NCBI GenBank assembly: GCA_029978905.1
Contig: JAPOIM010000012.1
Location: 333-64,332, forward strand
DNA: 64,000 bases
Source of the DNA: Planctomycetota bacterium
Lineage (GTDB): Bacteria; Planctomycetota; Planctomycetia; Pirellulales; UBA1268
Direction of reading: 5' to 3'
Below the pieces are notes generated by a model. That model did no database searches. It was not told where the DNA came from and saw only the letters and a program-made list of their open reading frames with translations. A program made the translations under genes and the position numbers. Positions 37,661-46,275 of this stretch are shown piece by piece. Every line of letters starts with the position of its first letter. Within the stretch, counting starts at the first letter, position 1.

Positions 37661-38560
37661 ATGCCCCCCTCCACCAGTCTTGCTCGCGGAGCCGATGGTT
37701 CGCCGTTTGGATCCACGGCGGCCCGGCCCGCGAGCAAGGGATGCGAAGAGCCAGTGACCGCTGCTGAGCGGTGGGCCGGCTACGACGCCCTGATGCTTGG
37801 CTTTAGCCTGCTCGCCATCGGCATGCTGGTGGTGGGCGTGGCGGTGGAACTCGGCCCGTCGAGCCAGTCGATTTTGGCGTATGCCGACACGGCCGTGTGT
37901 CTCGTCTTTCTCACCGATTTCATCGTGAGCCTGATGCGGGCTGAGAATCGCTGGCAGTACATGGTCCGTTGGGGCTGGCTCGACTTGATTTCTTCGATCC
38001 CCGTCTTGGATGCGGCGAGGTGGGGGCGGGCGGCGCGAGTCGTTCGCATCCTCCGCGTGATCCGCGGGGTGAAGGCGACGAGGATGATCGCCGCCATGCT
38101 CTTTCAGCAGCGGGCGCTCAACGCGGTGATGGCTGGTGCTTTTGTGGCGATCCTGGCGATCTTTGCCAGTTCGTTTGCGATCCTTTCCTTTGAGGAGAAC
38201 GCAGGCGGAACGATCAAGAACGCTGACGATGCTGTGTGGTGGGCCATCTGCACGGTGACCACCGTGGGCTATGGCGACTACTACCCCGTCACCTGGGAAG
38301 GACGGATCGTCGCTTTCTTTTTGATGATCACCGGCGCTGCCACGTTTGGGGCCCTGGCTGGGCTGCTCGCGAGCTGGTTCATGGGCACCGAAGACGCGGC
38401 GGACAACGCGGAGTTGCGGCAGGTTCGCCAGGAACTTGCCGCCGTTCGCGTGTTGCTGGAAGAACGGCTCGGCAGCGAGAGTTCGTTCAAGGGGAGGCTT
38501 GCCCCTGAAGAATCAGGGCGCGACGACTTCGCGGCGTGGCCTCGCAGCAAGGCGGCGTGA
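37661..38560 (+). CDS. voltage-gated-type potassium channel (6-TM, Kv/KvAP-like)
   Basis: The start was re-picked at ATG 37661. The S4-like helix RVVRILRVIRGVKATR has a basic residue every third position (about 38035-38085). The selectivity filter TVGYGD lies at 38261-38278, flanked by S5 and S6 helices. Confidence 0.85.
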   Translation: MPPSTSLARGADGSPFGSTAARPASKGCEEPVTAAERWAGYDALMLGFSLLAIGMLVVGVAVELGPSSQSILAYADTAVCLVFLTDFIVSLMRAENRWQYMVRWGWLDLISSIPVLDAARWGRAARVVRILRVIRGVKATRMIAAMLFQQRALNAVMAGAFVAILAIFASSFAILSFEENAGGTIKNADDAVWWAICTVTTVGYGDYYPVTWEGRIVAFFLMITGAATFGALAGLLASWFMGTEDAADNAELRQVRQELAAVRVLLEERLGSESSFKGRLAPEESGRDDFAAWPRSKAA

Positions 38561-39389
38561 CCCGCTTAGCCACGACGATGGCGCGAGCCTCACGATTGAT
38601 GCCCACAAGACTGCCCGGCGTGGCCGGGTCTGCGGCGATGCCCTGGCCCGGAAACGGACAGTCGAGCGTTTCGACCAGTTCGAGCGTGGTGGCGTCTGGG
38701 GCTGCAGGAATCCGCAACCGGTAGAGCACCGGATAGTGGTGGTGGCTGGCGAGGATCGTGTCGCCATCAAAGACGCCCCCCGACGCGCTCATGCCGTCGA
38801 AGTCTGCGATCACCTCGGCTGGGAAAAACAGCCGACGCGCTTCGCTCGTGAACGTGTCGTCGGTGTACTCGATCAGCACGCTCTGCGCGTTCTCGTCGCC
38901 ATACCAGGCGAAGCAGCACCACCAGCGGTTGTTGTGCCGCACGCACCACACCAGGCTTCCCGGAGGTTCTGGGAAAACATGGTGCACGGCGAGCGTGTTG
39001 GTCGCGGGGTCGAAGACGCGAATGTCCGACTCGTGTGGCGTCTCCGGATAGTTGGAGTGGGCCGCATACAGCTTGCCGTCGTGGAAGTAGCCACTGTTGA
39101 GGTGTTCGGTGCCCTCCGCGGAGGCCGTCGCCAGCAACTCGCCGGAGTGGCGATCGTAGGTGGCAACTGTGGTGTTCGAGATGGCGTAGAGATGGGCTTC
39201 GTCCGCGGCGGCAGCCTGGGTGGCGTGGGGCGAGGGGATCCGTGCGATTTCGAGATAGCCCGCGACTGTCTGCAACTGTGAGGTCGCTGACGGCGGGGCG
39301 ATCTGCTCGGCGGCCACACACACGGTGGGCAGCACCAGCAGGCCCAGTGCGAGCGAGAGCAGGCCGCGTGAGAGGAGGGGGCGTCGCAT
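38487..39389 (-). CDS. secreted hypothetical protein (beta-rich)
   Basis: The signal is MRRPLLSRGLLSLALGLLVLPTVCVAA. 300 aa. The 3' end overlaps the K+ channel 3' end by 74 nt. No family is recognised. Confidence 0.55.
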   Translation of the reverse strand: MRRPLLSRGLLSLALGLLVLPTVCVAAEQIAPPSATSQLQTVAGYLEIARIPSPHATQAAAADEAHLYAISNTTVATYDRHSGELLATASAEGTEHLNSGYFHDGKLYAAHSNYPETPHESDIRVFDPATNTLAVHHVFPEPPGSLVWCVRHNNRWWCCFAWYGDENAQSVLIEYTDDTFTSEARRLFFPAEVIADFDGMSASGGVFDGDTILASHHHYPVLYRLRIPAAPDATTLELVETLDCPFPGQGIAADPATPGSLVGINREARAIVVAKRVTPPCCEATPRSRRALILQGQASP

Positions 39390-39496
39390 GGCGAAATCCG
39401 TTCTTTCAGAGGAGGAGCATCGAGTAGGATTTTAGTCGAGCGAGGAATCCGACGCGATTACTCAAGCGAAGTGAGTTCTCTTGTGGAGGGGGTGGC

Positions 39497-40759
39497 ATGA
39501 AGCGAGCGTGGTGCTGGGTCGTCTGCGCCGGTGTGGTGATGGCGGGCCTCACGGCACGCGCGCAGGCTGCGGAACCTCTGCGGTATGTCCTCACCGACAC
39601 CACGAGTGGAACATGGCTCGAGAGCTTTGATCTGGCCGCCTCCGACCTCGACGGAGAACTTGCTGAAGGTCAGCACGGGTGGAGCGTCCGCAAGACAACC
39701 CTTCGCGGTGGCGTGCAAGACGGCGTCGACCTGATCACGCTCGACAACGGCCTGCTCACGATCCGTGTGGTGCCCACGCGCGGCATGAGCATTGTCGATG
39801 TGCGGCAGGGAGATTTTCGGCTCGGCTGGGAGTCGCCCGTCAAAGAGCTTGTGAATCCCGCGTACATGAATCTCGAGAGCCGCGGCGGCTTGGGCTGGTT
39901 GCAGGGCTTCAACGAATGGCTTGTCCGCTGTGGGCTTGAGTTTGCAGGCCATCCGGGCACCGATGAGGTGGTGGACAACACTGGAGCTACGTCGAGCGTG
40001 CCGCTCACATTGCATGGTCGCATCGGCAATCTGCCTGCGTCGCGGGTGGAACTCGTGATCGAACAAGAGCCCCCGTATCGCTTGCGTCTGCGTGGCGTTG
40101 TGCACGAGCGGTGGTTCATGGGGGCGAAGCTGGAACTGGCTACGGAGATCTCGACGGAGCCCGGCTCGGATCGGCTGCTGATCGAGGATGCGGTGACCAA
40201 CCGGGGCGCGACATCGCAAGAGTTTCAGCTGATTTACCATGCCAACTATGGGCAGCCCCTGCTTGAGGAAAATGCCACAGTGGTCACGGCGGCAAAACGC
40301 ATCGCACCGATGAACGATCATGCGGCGAAGGCAATCGGACAGTACGACACGTACCGCAAACCGGAAGCAGGCTTCGTGGAGGAGGTGTTTCTCGTCTGGC
40401 CGTACGCCGATCAGGAGGGCCGCACCAGCGTGATGCTGAAAGACGCGGCAGGAGAGCGGGCGGCGACGATCCGTTGGTCGACGGAGCAACTCCCCTATCT
40501 CACCATCTGGAAGAACACGGCTGCCGTGGAGGATGGCTACGTGACCGGTCTTGAACCCGCCACGGGCTTCCCGTTTAACCGCAGCGTCGAAAGGGCTGCG
40601 GGTCGTGTGCCGAAACTTGACGCGGGGCAGACCCAGCGGTTCTCGGTAGAGTTCGGCTTGCATCAGGGTCGCGAGGCGGTGGCCAGGGAAGCGGCTGCGA
40701 TCAAGGCCATCCAGAACGGCCGGCCAACCCAGACAGACGACGTGCCTCCAGCGGAGTGA
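39497..40759 (+). CDS. DUF4432 / aldose 1-epimerase-like protein with Sec signal
   Basis: The signal is MKRAWCWVVCAGVVMAGLTARAQA. VVPTRGMSIVDV, GWLQGFNEWLVRCGLEFAGHPG and LTLHGRIGNLPA are characteristic of the DUF4432 mutarotase-like family. Confidence 0.7.
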   Translation: MKRAWCWVVCAGVVMAGLTARAQAAEPLRYVLTDTTSGTWLESFDLAASDLDGELAEGQHGWSVRKTTLRGGVQDGVDLITLDNGLLTIRVVPTRGMSIVDVRQGDFRLGWESPVKELVNPAYMNLESRGGLGWLQGFNEWLVRCGLEFAGHPGTDEVVDNTGATSSVPLTLHGRIGNLPASRVELVIEQEPPYRLRLRGVVHERWFMGAKLELATEISTEPGSDRLLIEDAVTNRGATSQEFQLIYHANYGQPLLEENATVVTAAKRIAPMNDHAAKAIGQYDTYRKPEAGFVEEVFLVWPYADQEGRTSVMLKDAAGERAATIRWSTEQLPYLTIWKNTAAVEDGYVTGLEPATGFPFNRSVERAAGRVPKLDAGQTQRFSVEFGLHQGREAVAREAAAIKAIQNGRPTQTDDVPPAE

Positions 40760-40822
40760 TCCGCTCACCCAGCGAGGGCTTTTGCCGTTCTCGCTTCCAG
40801 ACACATCACAGGAGCAATGACG

Positions 40823-41803
40823 ATGAAGAGAACAACCTGGGCGGCGGTGGCGCTCATTGCGGCTTGCGTGGTGGGGTGCGGCGGCGGTGACAGTGGCGAT
40901 CAGAAAGACGCCACTCCTGCGTCGGCATCGAAGGGCACGATCGGTGTGTCGGTGCTGACGATGACCAACCCATTCTTCAAAACGATCGCCGACACGATCA
41001 CGCAGGAGGCCGCCGCGCACGGCTATGGCACGGCGATCACCAGTGGTGAGTTTGATGTGGCCAAACAGCAGAATCAGGTGAAGGACTTCATCGTGGCAGG
41101 CTGCTCGGCGATCGTGCTGTGCCCCTGTGACTCGCGATCGATTGGCCCGGCGATCGCGGAGGCGAACGCGGCAGGGATCCCCGTGTTTACTGCAGACATC
41201 GCCTGCCTGGCGGACGGCGTTGATGTCGTGTCCCACATTGCGAGCGACAACCTCGGTGGTGGTCGAGAGGCAGCCAAGGCGATGATCGAAGCCCTCGGCG
41301 AGGGGGGAGGGGAAGTGGTCGTGCTCGACTTTAAGCAGGCGGAGTCGTGCATTCTCCGCGTGCAGGGGTTCAAGGAAGTGATTGAGACCCATAACGCCGA
41401 GCACGCCGACGCTGCGATCACGATCGTTTCGGAGTTGCCCGGTGATGGAAAGAAGGACCAGGGCTTCAAGTGCACCGAAGATGCCCTGCAGGCTCATCCG
41501 AATGTTGCCGGCATTTTTGCCATCAACGATCCGTCCGCCCTGGGGGCGCGGGCGGCCCTCGAAAAGGCCGGCAAGGCGGATGACGTGGTGATCGTGGGCT
41601 TTGACGGCCAACTCGATGGCAAGCAAGCGATTCTGGAAGGCAAGATCTATGCCGACCCGATCCAGTTTCCCGACCGCATCGCTTCGATGACGGTGGATTC
41701 CATCGTTCGGTACTTCGCGGGTGACGAAGTGGCCACCCAGCAGTTGATCCCCTGCGAACTCTACCGCCAGGCTGACGCCGAGGCGGATGAGGCCCTCAAG
41801 TAG
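40823..41803 (+). CDS. sugar ABC transporter substrate-binding lipoprotein (RbsB-like, PBP type I)
   Basis: ATG at 40823, 8 nt after GGAG; the ORF-track ATG is at 40817. The lipobox is LIAACVVGC. IGVSVLTMTNPFFKTIAD, GIPVFTADI and VGFDGQ are typical RbsB-like motifs. Confidence 0.85.
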   Translation: MKRTTWAAVALIAACVVGCGGGDSGDQKDATPASASKGTIGVSVLTMTNPFFKTIADTITQEAAAHGYGTAITSGEFDVAKQQNQVKDFIVAGCSAIVLCPCDSRSIGPAIAEANAAGIPVFTADIACLADGVDVVSHIASDNLGGGREAAKAMIEALGEGGGEVVVLDFKQAESCILRVQGFKEVIETHNAEHADAAITIVSELPGDGKKDQGFKCTEDALQAHPNVAGIFAINDPSALGARAALEKAGKADDVVIVGFDGQLDGKQAILEGKIYADPIQFPDRIASMTVDSIVRYFAGDEVATQQLIPCELYRQADAEADEALK

Positions 41804-41820
41804 GTCACGGCGCGGATTCG

Positions 41821-43332
41821 ATGGCGCGAGCACCAGCACCACCGCTGCTTGAGATGCGGGGGATCTCGAAGCGGTATCCGGGCGTGAACGCGCTGTGTGG
41901 CGTGGATCTTGCGCTGGCGCGAGGTGAGGTCCTCGCCTTGATGGGAGAAAACGGCGCCGGCAAGAGCACGCTCATGAAGGTGCTCGGTGGCGCTGTCCGG
42001 CCCGACGCGGGCGAGATTTGGATTGATGGGCAGCGTCAGGCGATGGCCTCCCCGCTGGCAGCTCGTGCGGCGGGCGTGGCGGTTATTTACCAGGAGTTCA
42101 ATCTCGTGCCCGCCCTGTCGGCACGGGAGAACATTTTTCTTGGCCTGGAGCAGACATCGGCAGGCTTTGTGCGTTCGTCGGAGGAACGCCGAAAGGCCGA
42201 AGCGCTCCTTGCACGGACCGGGGTGGCGGTGCCCCTCGACGTTCCCTGCCGACGGCTCACCGTCGCCCAGCAGCAGGCGGTCGAGATCGCCAAGGCCTTG
42301 GCCGTGGACGCCCGAATCATTGTCATGGATGAGCCGACGGCCACGCTTACGCCGCAGGAAGTGCAGAAACTCTTTGCCGTGATCGCCGACCTCACACGGC
42401 AGGGGATCGCGGTGATCTACGTCAGCCACCGGCTCGACGAAATCGAGGCGATTGCCGATCGGGTGCAGGTGCTCCGGGATGGACGCGCCGTGGCGAGTCG
42501 CGCGGCGGCGGAGTTGCCGCGACGCGAGCTGATTGAGTTGATGGTCGGACGCTCCCTGGAGGAGGAGTTTCCAAAGCGAACGCGCGCGGTGGGCAGGCCG
42601 CGCCTCGTGGTCCGCGGGCTTTCGCGTGGCGAGAAGGTGCGGGATGTCTCCTTTGAGGTCCGCGCCGGCGAGATCGTGGCCCTCGCGGGGTTGGTGGGGG
42701 CTGGTCGCACTGAGACGGTGCGTCTCATCTTCGGGGCGGACCAGCCCGAGGAAGGCGTGGTTGAACTCGATGGACAGCCGCTGACGATCCGCTCTCCGAG
42801 GGATGCGATTCGCGCGGGGATCTGCCTGCTGACGGAAGACCGCAAGCATCAGGGGCTCGTGCTCTCGCAGTCGGTGCTGCACAACTTTGCCCTGCCGAAC
42901 GCCACGCACTTTGCGCGAGCGGGCTGGGCCGCCGGTGGGTGGATCGATCGCCGCCGCGAACGCCGTGCGTTTGCGGGCTACGCCGAGGCGCTGCGGATCC
43001 GCAGCAACGCCGCCGATCAGCCTGCCGGGACGCTTTCCGGAGGCAACCAGCAGAAGGTCGTGCTGGCCAAGTGGCTGGAGTCGAACTCCGAAGTGCTGAT
43101 CTTCGATGAGCCCACACGCGGGATCGATGTGGGAGCGAAAGTAGAAATCTACGGGCTGATGAATGACCTCGCGGCCAAGGGAAAGGCCATTGTGATGGTC
43201 AGTAGCGAACTTCCCGAAGTGCTCGGCATGGCCGATCGGATCCTGGTGATGCACGACGGGCGAATCACAGGTGAGATCGACGACCCTGCGGCGGCGACGC
43301 AGGCAGATATCCTCTCGTTGGCAATCCGCTGA
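41821..43332 (+). CDS. sugar ABC transporter ATP-binding protein (RbsA-like, duplicated ATPase)
   Basis: There are two nucleotide-binding domains. The first has GENGAGKSTLMK with LTVAQQQAVEIAKAL. The second has GLVGAGRTE with LSGGNQQKVVLAKWL and LIFDEPTRGID. Confidence 0.9.
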   Translation: MARAPAPPLLEMRGISKRYPGVNALCGVDLALARGEVLALMGENGAGKSTLMKVLGGAVRPDAGEIWIDGQRQAMASPLAARAAGVAVIYQEFNLVPALSARENIFLGLEQTSAGFVRSSEERRKAEALLARTGVAVPLDVPCRRLTVAQQQAVEIAKALAVDARIIVMDEPTATLTPQEVQKLFAVIADLTRQGIAVIYVSHRLDEIEAIADRVQVLRDGRAVASRAAAELPRRELIELMVGRSLEEEFPKRTRAVGRPRLVVRGLSRGEKVRDVSFEVRAGEIVALAGLVGAGRTETVRLIFGADQPEEGVVELDGQPLTIRSPRDAIRAGICLLTEDRKHQGLVLSQSVLHNFALPNATHFARAGWAAGGWIDRRRERRAFAGYAEALRIRSNAADQPAGTLSGGNQQKVVLAKWLESNSEVLIFDEPTRGIDVGAKVEIYGLMNDLAAKGKAIVMVSSELPEVLGMADRILVMHDGRITGEIDDPAAATQADILSLAIR

Positions 43333-43369
43333 CATCTTTCCGAACGGCCATGCGACAAAGGATCATGCG

Positions 43370-44728
43370 ATGAATGTCAGTGCTTCGCCTCACACAGCAC
43401 ATCGGGTGCGTGGACTTGCCGCCAACATGCTCGCAGAGCATGGCATGCTCCTGGTGCTTGGCCTGCTCTGTGTGTTCTTCAGTGTGGTCACGCTCGACGA
43501 GCAGACACCTACGGGCGCGGAGGCGGCTCGGCAGGTGAGCGGGGCGCTTGAGCGGGAGCAGGCCGAGGGGGCGAGGCTGATCGTCGTGGCGGGTCGGGGT
43601 GGCGAAGAGGATGCGTTTGCGGCGGTGCTGCAGGAGCAGGCTGAGGCTGCGGGGTGGACCGTCGCGGCCGTAGCCCAGGGAGGACCGCGGGAAGCACGCC
43701 TGGCGCTTGAAGACCTCGCTTCCGCGGGTGTTGTGGATGTGATCGCCTGTTCGTCGACGGCCGGGGCGTGGGGCGTGTTTGAGGGGCTCGGGGATCGCCT
43801 GCCGGCCTTCGCGCAGACGGTGGTGCTGCGGCCGCAGCCGAGCCGTTGGCCCAACTTTTTAAAGACGACGAACCTCCTGAATGTCGCCAACCAGATCGCA
43901 GTGATTGCGATCGTGGCGATCGGAATGACGCTGGTGATTCTCACCGGCGGTATCGATCTTTCGGTGGGGAGTCTGATCGCGCTCTCCAGTGTGGCGGGAG
44001 CACGGCTGATTCGTGATGTGTGTGGCGGACAAGAGGCCGGGCTGGGCGGCATGCTCTTAGGCGCTGCGGCGGGGATCCTGATCTGTGGCCTCGCGGGACT
44101 GCTCTCAGGGGGCGTGGTCACCCTCTTTGGAATCCCTCCGTTTATCGCCACCCTGGCGATGATGCTCGTGGCGAGTGGCTCGGCCTACATCCTTGCCGAA
44201 GGCCAGTCGATCAATCAGGTGCCCGATGCGTTTGTGTGGCTGGGCCGTGGTGCCGACCTCGGTGGGCTTCCCAACGCGGTGGTGCTCATGCTGGTGCTCT
44301 ATGGGCTTGCCCACGTGGTCATGAGCCGCACCACGTTTGGTCGCTACGTCTATGCCGTGGGAGGGAACGCAGAGGCAGCTCGGCTCTCGGGTGTGCCGGT
44401 GCGCCGGATCGTGCTTTCGGTGTATGTCCTCTGTGGGCTGCTCGCTGGTCTCGGTGGGATCGTGATGGCATCGCAGCTCAAGAGCGGTGCTCCCACGTAC
44501 GGGCAGATGTATGAGCTCTACGTGATCGCGGCGGTCGTGGTGGGCGGCACATCACTCTCGGGAGGTGAGGGGAAGGTGCTCGGCACACTCGTCGGCGCGC
44601 TGATCATCGCCGTGATTCAAAACGGCATGAATCTCACCGGTGTGGAGAGCTACACCCAAAAGGTGGTGCTCGGCCTCGTGATCTTTGCCGCCGTGCTCCT
44701 CGATCGGCTGCGGTCTCGCCGCGGGTGA
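43370..44728 (+). CDS. sugar ABC transporter permease (RbsC-like) with inserted domain after TM1
   Basis: ATG at 43370. The core motifs AIGMTLVILTGGIDLSVGS and GGTSLSGGEGKVLGT are RbsC-like. About 120 extra residues lie between TM1 (MLLVLGLLCVFFSVVTL) and FLKTTNLLNVANQ. Confidence 0.85.
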   Translation: MNVSASPHTAHRVRGLAANMLAEHGMLLVLGLLCVFFSVVTLDEQTPTGAEAARQVSGALEREQAEGARLIVVAGRGGEEDAFAAVLQEQAEAAGWTVAAVAQGGPREARLALEDLASAGVVDVIACSSTAGAWGVFEGLGDRLPAFAQTVVLRPQPSRWPNFLKTTNLLNVANQIAVIAIVAIGMTLVILTGGIDLSVGSLIALSSVAGARLIRDVCGGQEAGLGGMLLGAAAGILICGLAGLLSGGVVTLFGIPPFIATLAMMLVASGSAYILAEGQSINQVPDAFVWLGRGADLGGLPNAVVLMLVLYGLAHVVMSRTTFGRYVYAVGGNAEAARLSGVPVRRIVLSVYVLCGLLAGLGGIVMASQLKSGAPTYGQMYELYVIAAVVVGGTSLSGGEGKVLGTLVGALIIAVIQNGMNLTGVESYTQKVVLGLVIFAAVLLDRLRSRRG

Positions 44729-44742
44729 GCTGGCAACCGTCG

Positions 44743-46101
44743 TCAGACCATCGGAAAAACCGCGGCAAGGGCCAGCGTGACCAGCAGCCCCACGGCTCCT
44801 TCAATGCTGAGCAACACTGCGGCGGTCTTGAGCGTCTGCAGTTCGGTCATGCCGGCGGTGGTACCAATCACCCAAAAGCCGCTGTCGTTCATCCACATGC
44901 CCATCTTGGAGCCGCAGCCGATGGCAATCGCAATGTAGACCGGGTGGCAACCGGCAGCGCCTTCCAGGACAACCGGGGCGAGCATGCCCGCGGCGGTGAT
45001 CATGGCCACGGTGGCCGAACCTTGGGCGATGCGGATGGTCGCGGTCACGGCCCACGCCAGTGGCACCAGGGCAAGGCCACTGGTGGGGGCGAGATCCGTG
45101 AGCACCTCGGAGAGTCCTGCCGCTCGCAAGGCGGCGCCCAGCGAGCCACCTGCCGCGATCACCAAGAGCACGCTGCCCGCCGATTGGATGCCCGAGGTGA
45201 CCGTGCTTCGCACAAATGCCATTGAGCGAGAGTGCGCGGCAAGCACCAACATGGCGAGCAGCGCCGCGATTACCATCGCCATATTTTTCTCACCAATCAC
45301 CTGGATCAACGGGAGGACGCTCGCGGGAACCTGTTCGGGAGCGGTGCTCGCCCAGGAGCCAAGGCTCACGCAGATCACGGGCACGGCGATGGGTAAGAGA
45401 GATGCCCAGAGCGGAGGTGGAGGGCTCGTGGGCCGTCCCGAGGCGTCCTGCGTCGAATCGGAAACGGCTGCGGTTGCGGTGAGTTGTGGGGTGAGCGGCC
45501 AGCGACGGTCGGCCCAGTGGGCGTAGGCGAGGCCAACGATCGCGGAGGCCAAGCCCACGAGGCTGCCGAAGCCGATCATCGTGCCCATGTCGACGCCGAG
45601 CTCATCGGCCACAAACAACGGCCCAGGTGTGGGGGGCACTAGGGAGTGGCTCATCGTCGCCCCTGCCACGATCGCCAGCACACCCACCAGATAGTGGCGG
45701 CCGGTCCGCTCCCATGCCGCCCGCGCGAGCGGCAGGAGGAGGAAGAAGGCGCTGTCGGCAAACATCGGAATGGCGAGCACAAACCCCGACGCCATCAAGG
45801 CCAGAGGTGTGTGCCGTTCACCAAGCAACCGCTGGAGCGAAGAGACGATCTGCTTCGCAGCTCCGGCTGCAGAAAGGCAAGAGCCAAGAATCGCCGCCAT
45901 CGCAATTACGATGCCGATGTTCTTGGCAGTCTTTCCGAAGCCCTCTGCCACGAGCTCGCCGGCCGACACCTCAGCGTCGGGAATCAGGAGCGCCACGAGA
46001 AACGCTGCCGCCACGAGCACCACAAACGGATGCAAGCGAAACAGCAAGACACCACCGATGACCACGGTAAGCGCGATGGCGAGGATCACAAGCGGTGTCA
46101 T
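44743..46101 (-). CDS. GntP family permease (gluconate/sugar-acid:H+ symporter)
   Basis: The start was re-picked at ATG 46101 (MTPLVILAIALTVVIGGVLLFRLHPFVVLV). The polytopic sequence is collinear with GntP-type transporters and ends ...LALAAVFPMV. Confidence 0.8.
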   Translation of the reverse strand: MTPLVILAIALTVVIGGVLLFRLHPFVVLVAAAFLVALLIPDAEVSAGELVAEGFGKTAKNIGIVIAMAAILGSCLSAAGAAKQIVSSLQRLLGERHTPLALMASGFVLAIPMFADSAFFLLLPLARAAWERTGRHYLVGVLAIVAGATMSHSLVPPTPGPLFVADELGVDMGTMIGFGSLVGLASAIVGLAYAHWADRRWPLTPQLTATAAVSDSTQDASGRPTSPPPPLWASLLPIAVPVICVSLGSWASTAPEQVPASVLPLIQVIGEKNMAMVIAALLAMLVLAAHSRSMAFVRSTVTSGIQSAGSVLLVIAAGGSLGAALRAAGLSEVLTDLAPTSGLALVPLAWAVTATIRIAQGSATVAMITAAGMLAPVVLEGAAGCHPVYIAIAIGCGSKMGMWMNDSGFWVIGTTAGMTELQTLKTAAVLLSIEGAVGLLVTLALAAVFPMV

Positions 46102-46275
46102 CGAAGCCCCCTGGGAGAGGTTGTCGGAAGCGCGGCAACGGCCGGGGCAAGAGACCGTTCCACTCAAACGCCCCCCACCCCAGTGAACAGGAAGATGATG
46201 AGCGTACAATCGCCACGTGCCCAGGGGCGAATCGTGCTTCCGAGACACCGCGACCTTTTTACACCGTCACACGCC

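Noticed and set aside
39458-43335. 794-aa and 524-aa minus-strand ORFs (39458..41842, 41761..43335) antisense to the DUF4432/RbsB/RbsA genes
   Set aside because: The plus-strand genes carry Walker A/B, lipobox and family motifs. The antisense translations are Arg/His/Leu-rich and featureless.
45646-46275. 210-codon 5' extension of the IlvD/Edd ORF (track start 45646)
   Set aside because: The extension is antisense to the well-supported GntP permease and translates to Arg/His-rich sequence. Family homology begins at MPSQPH... (ATG 46276).
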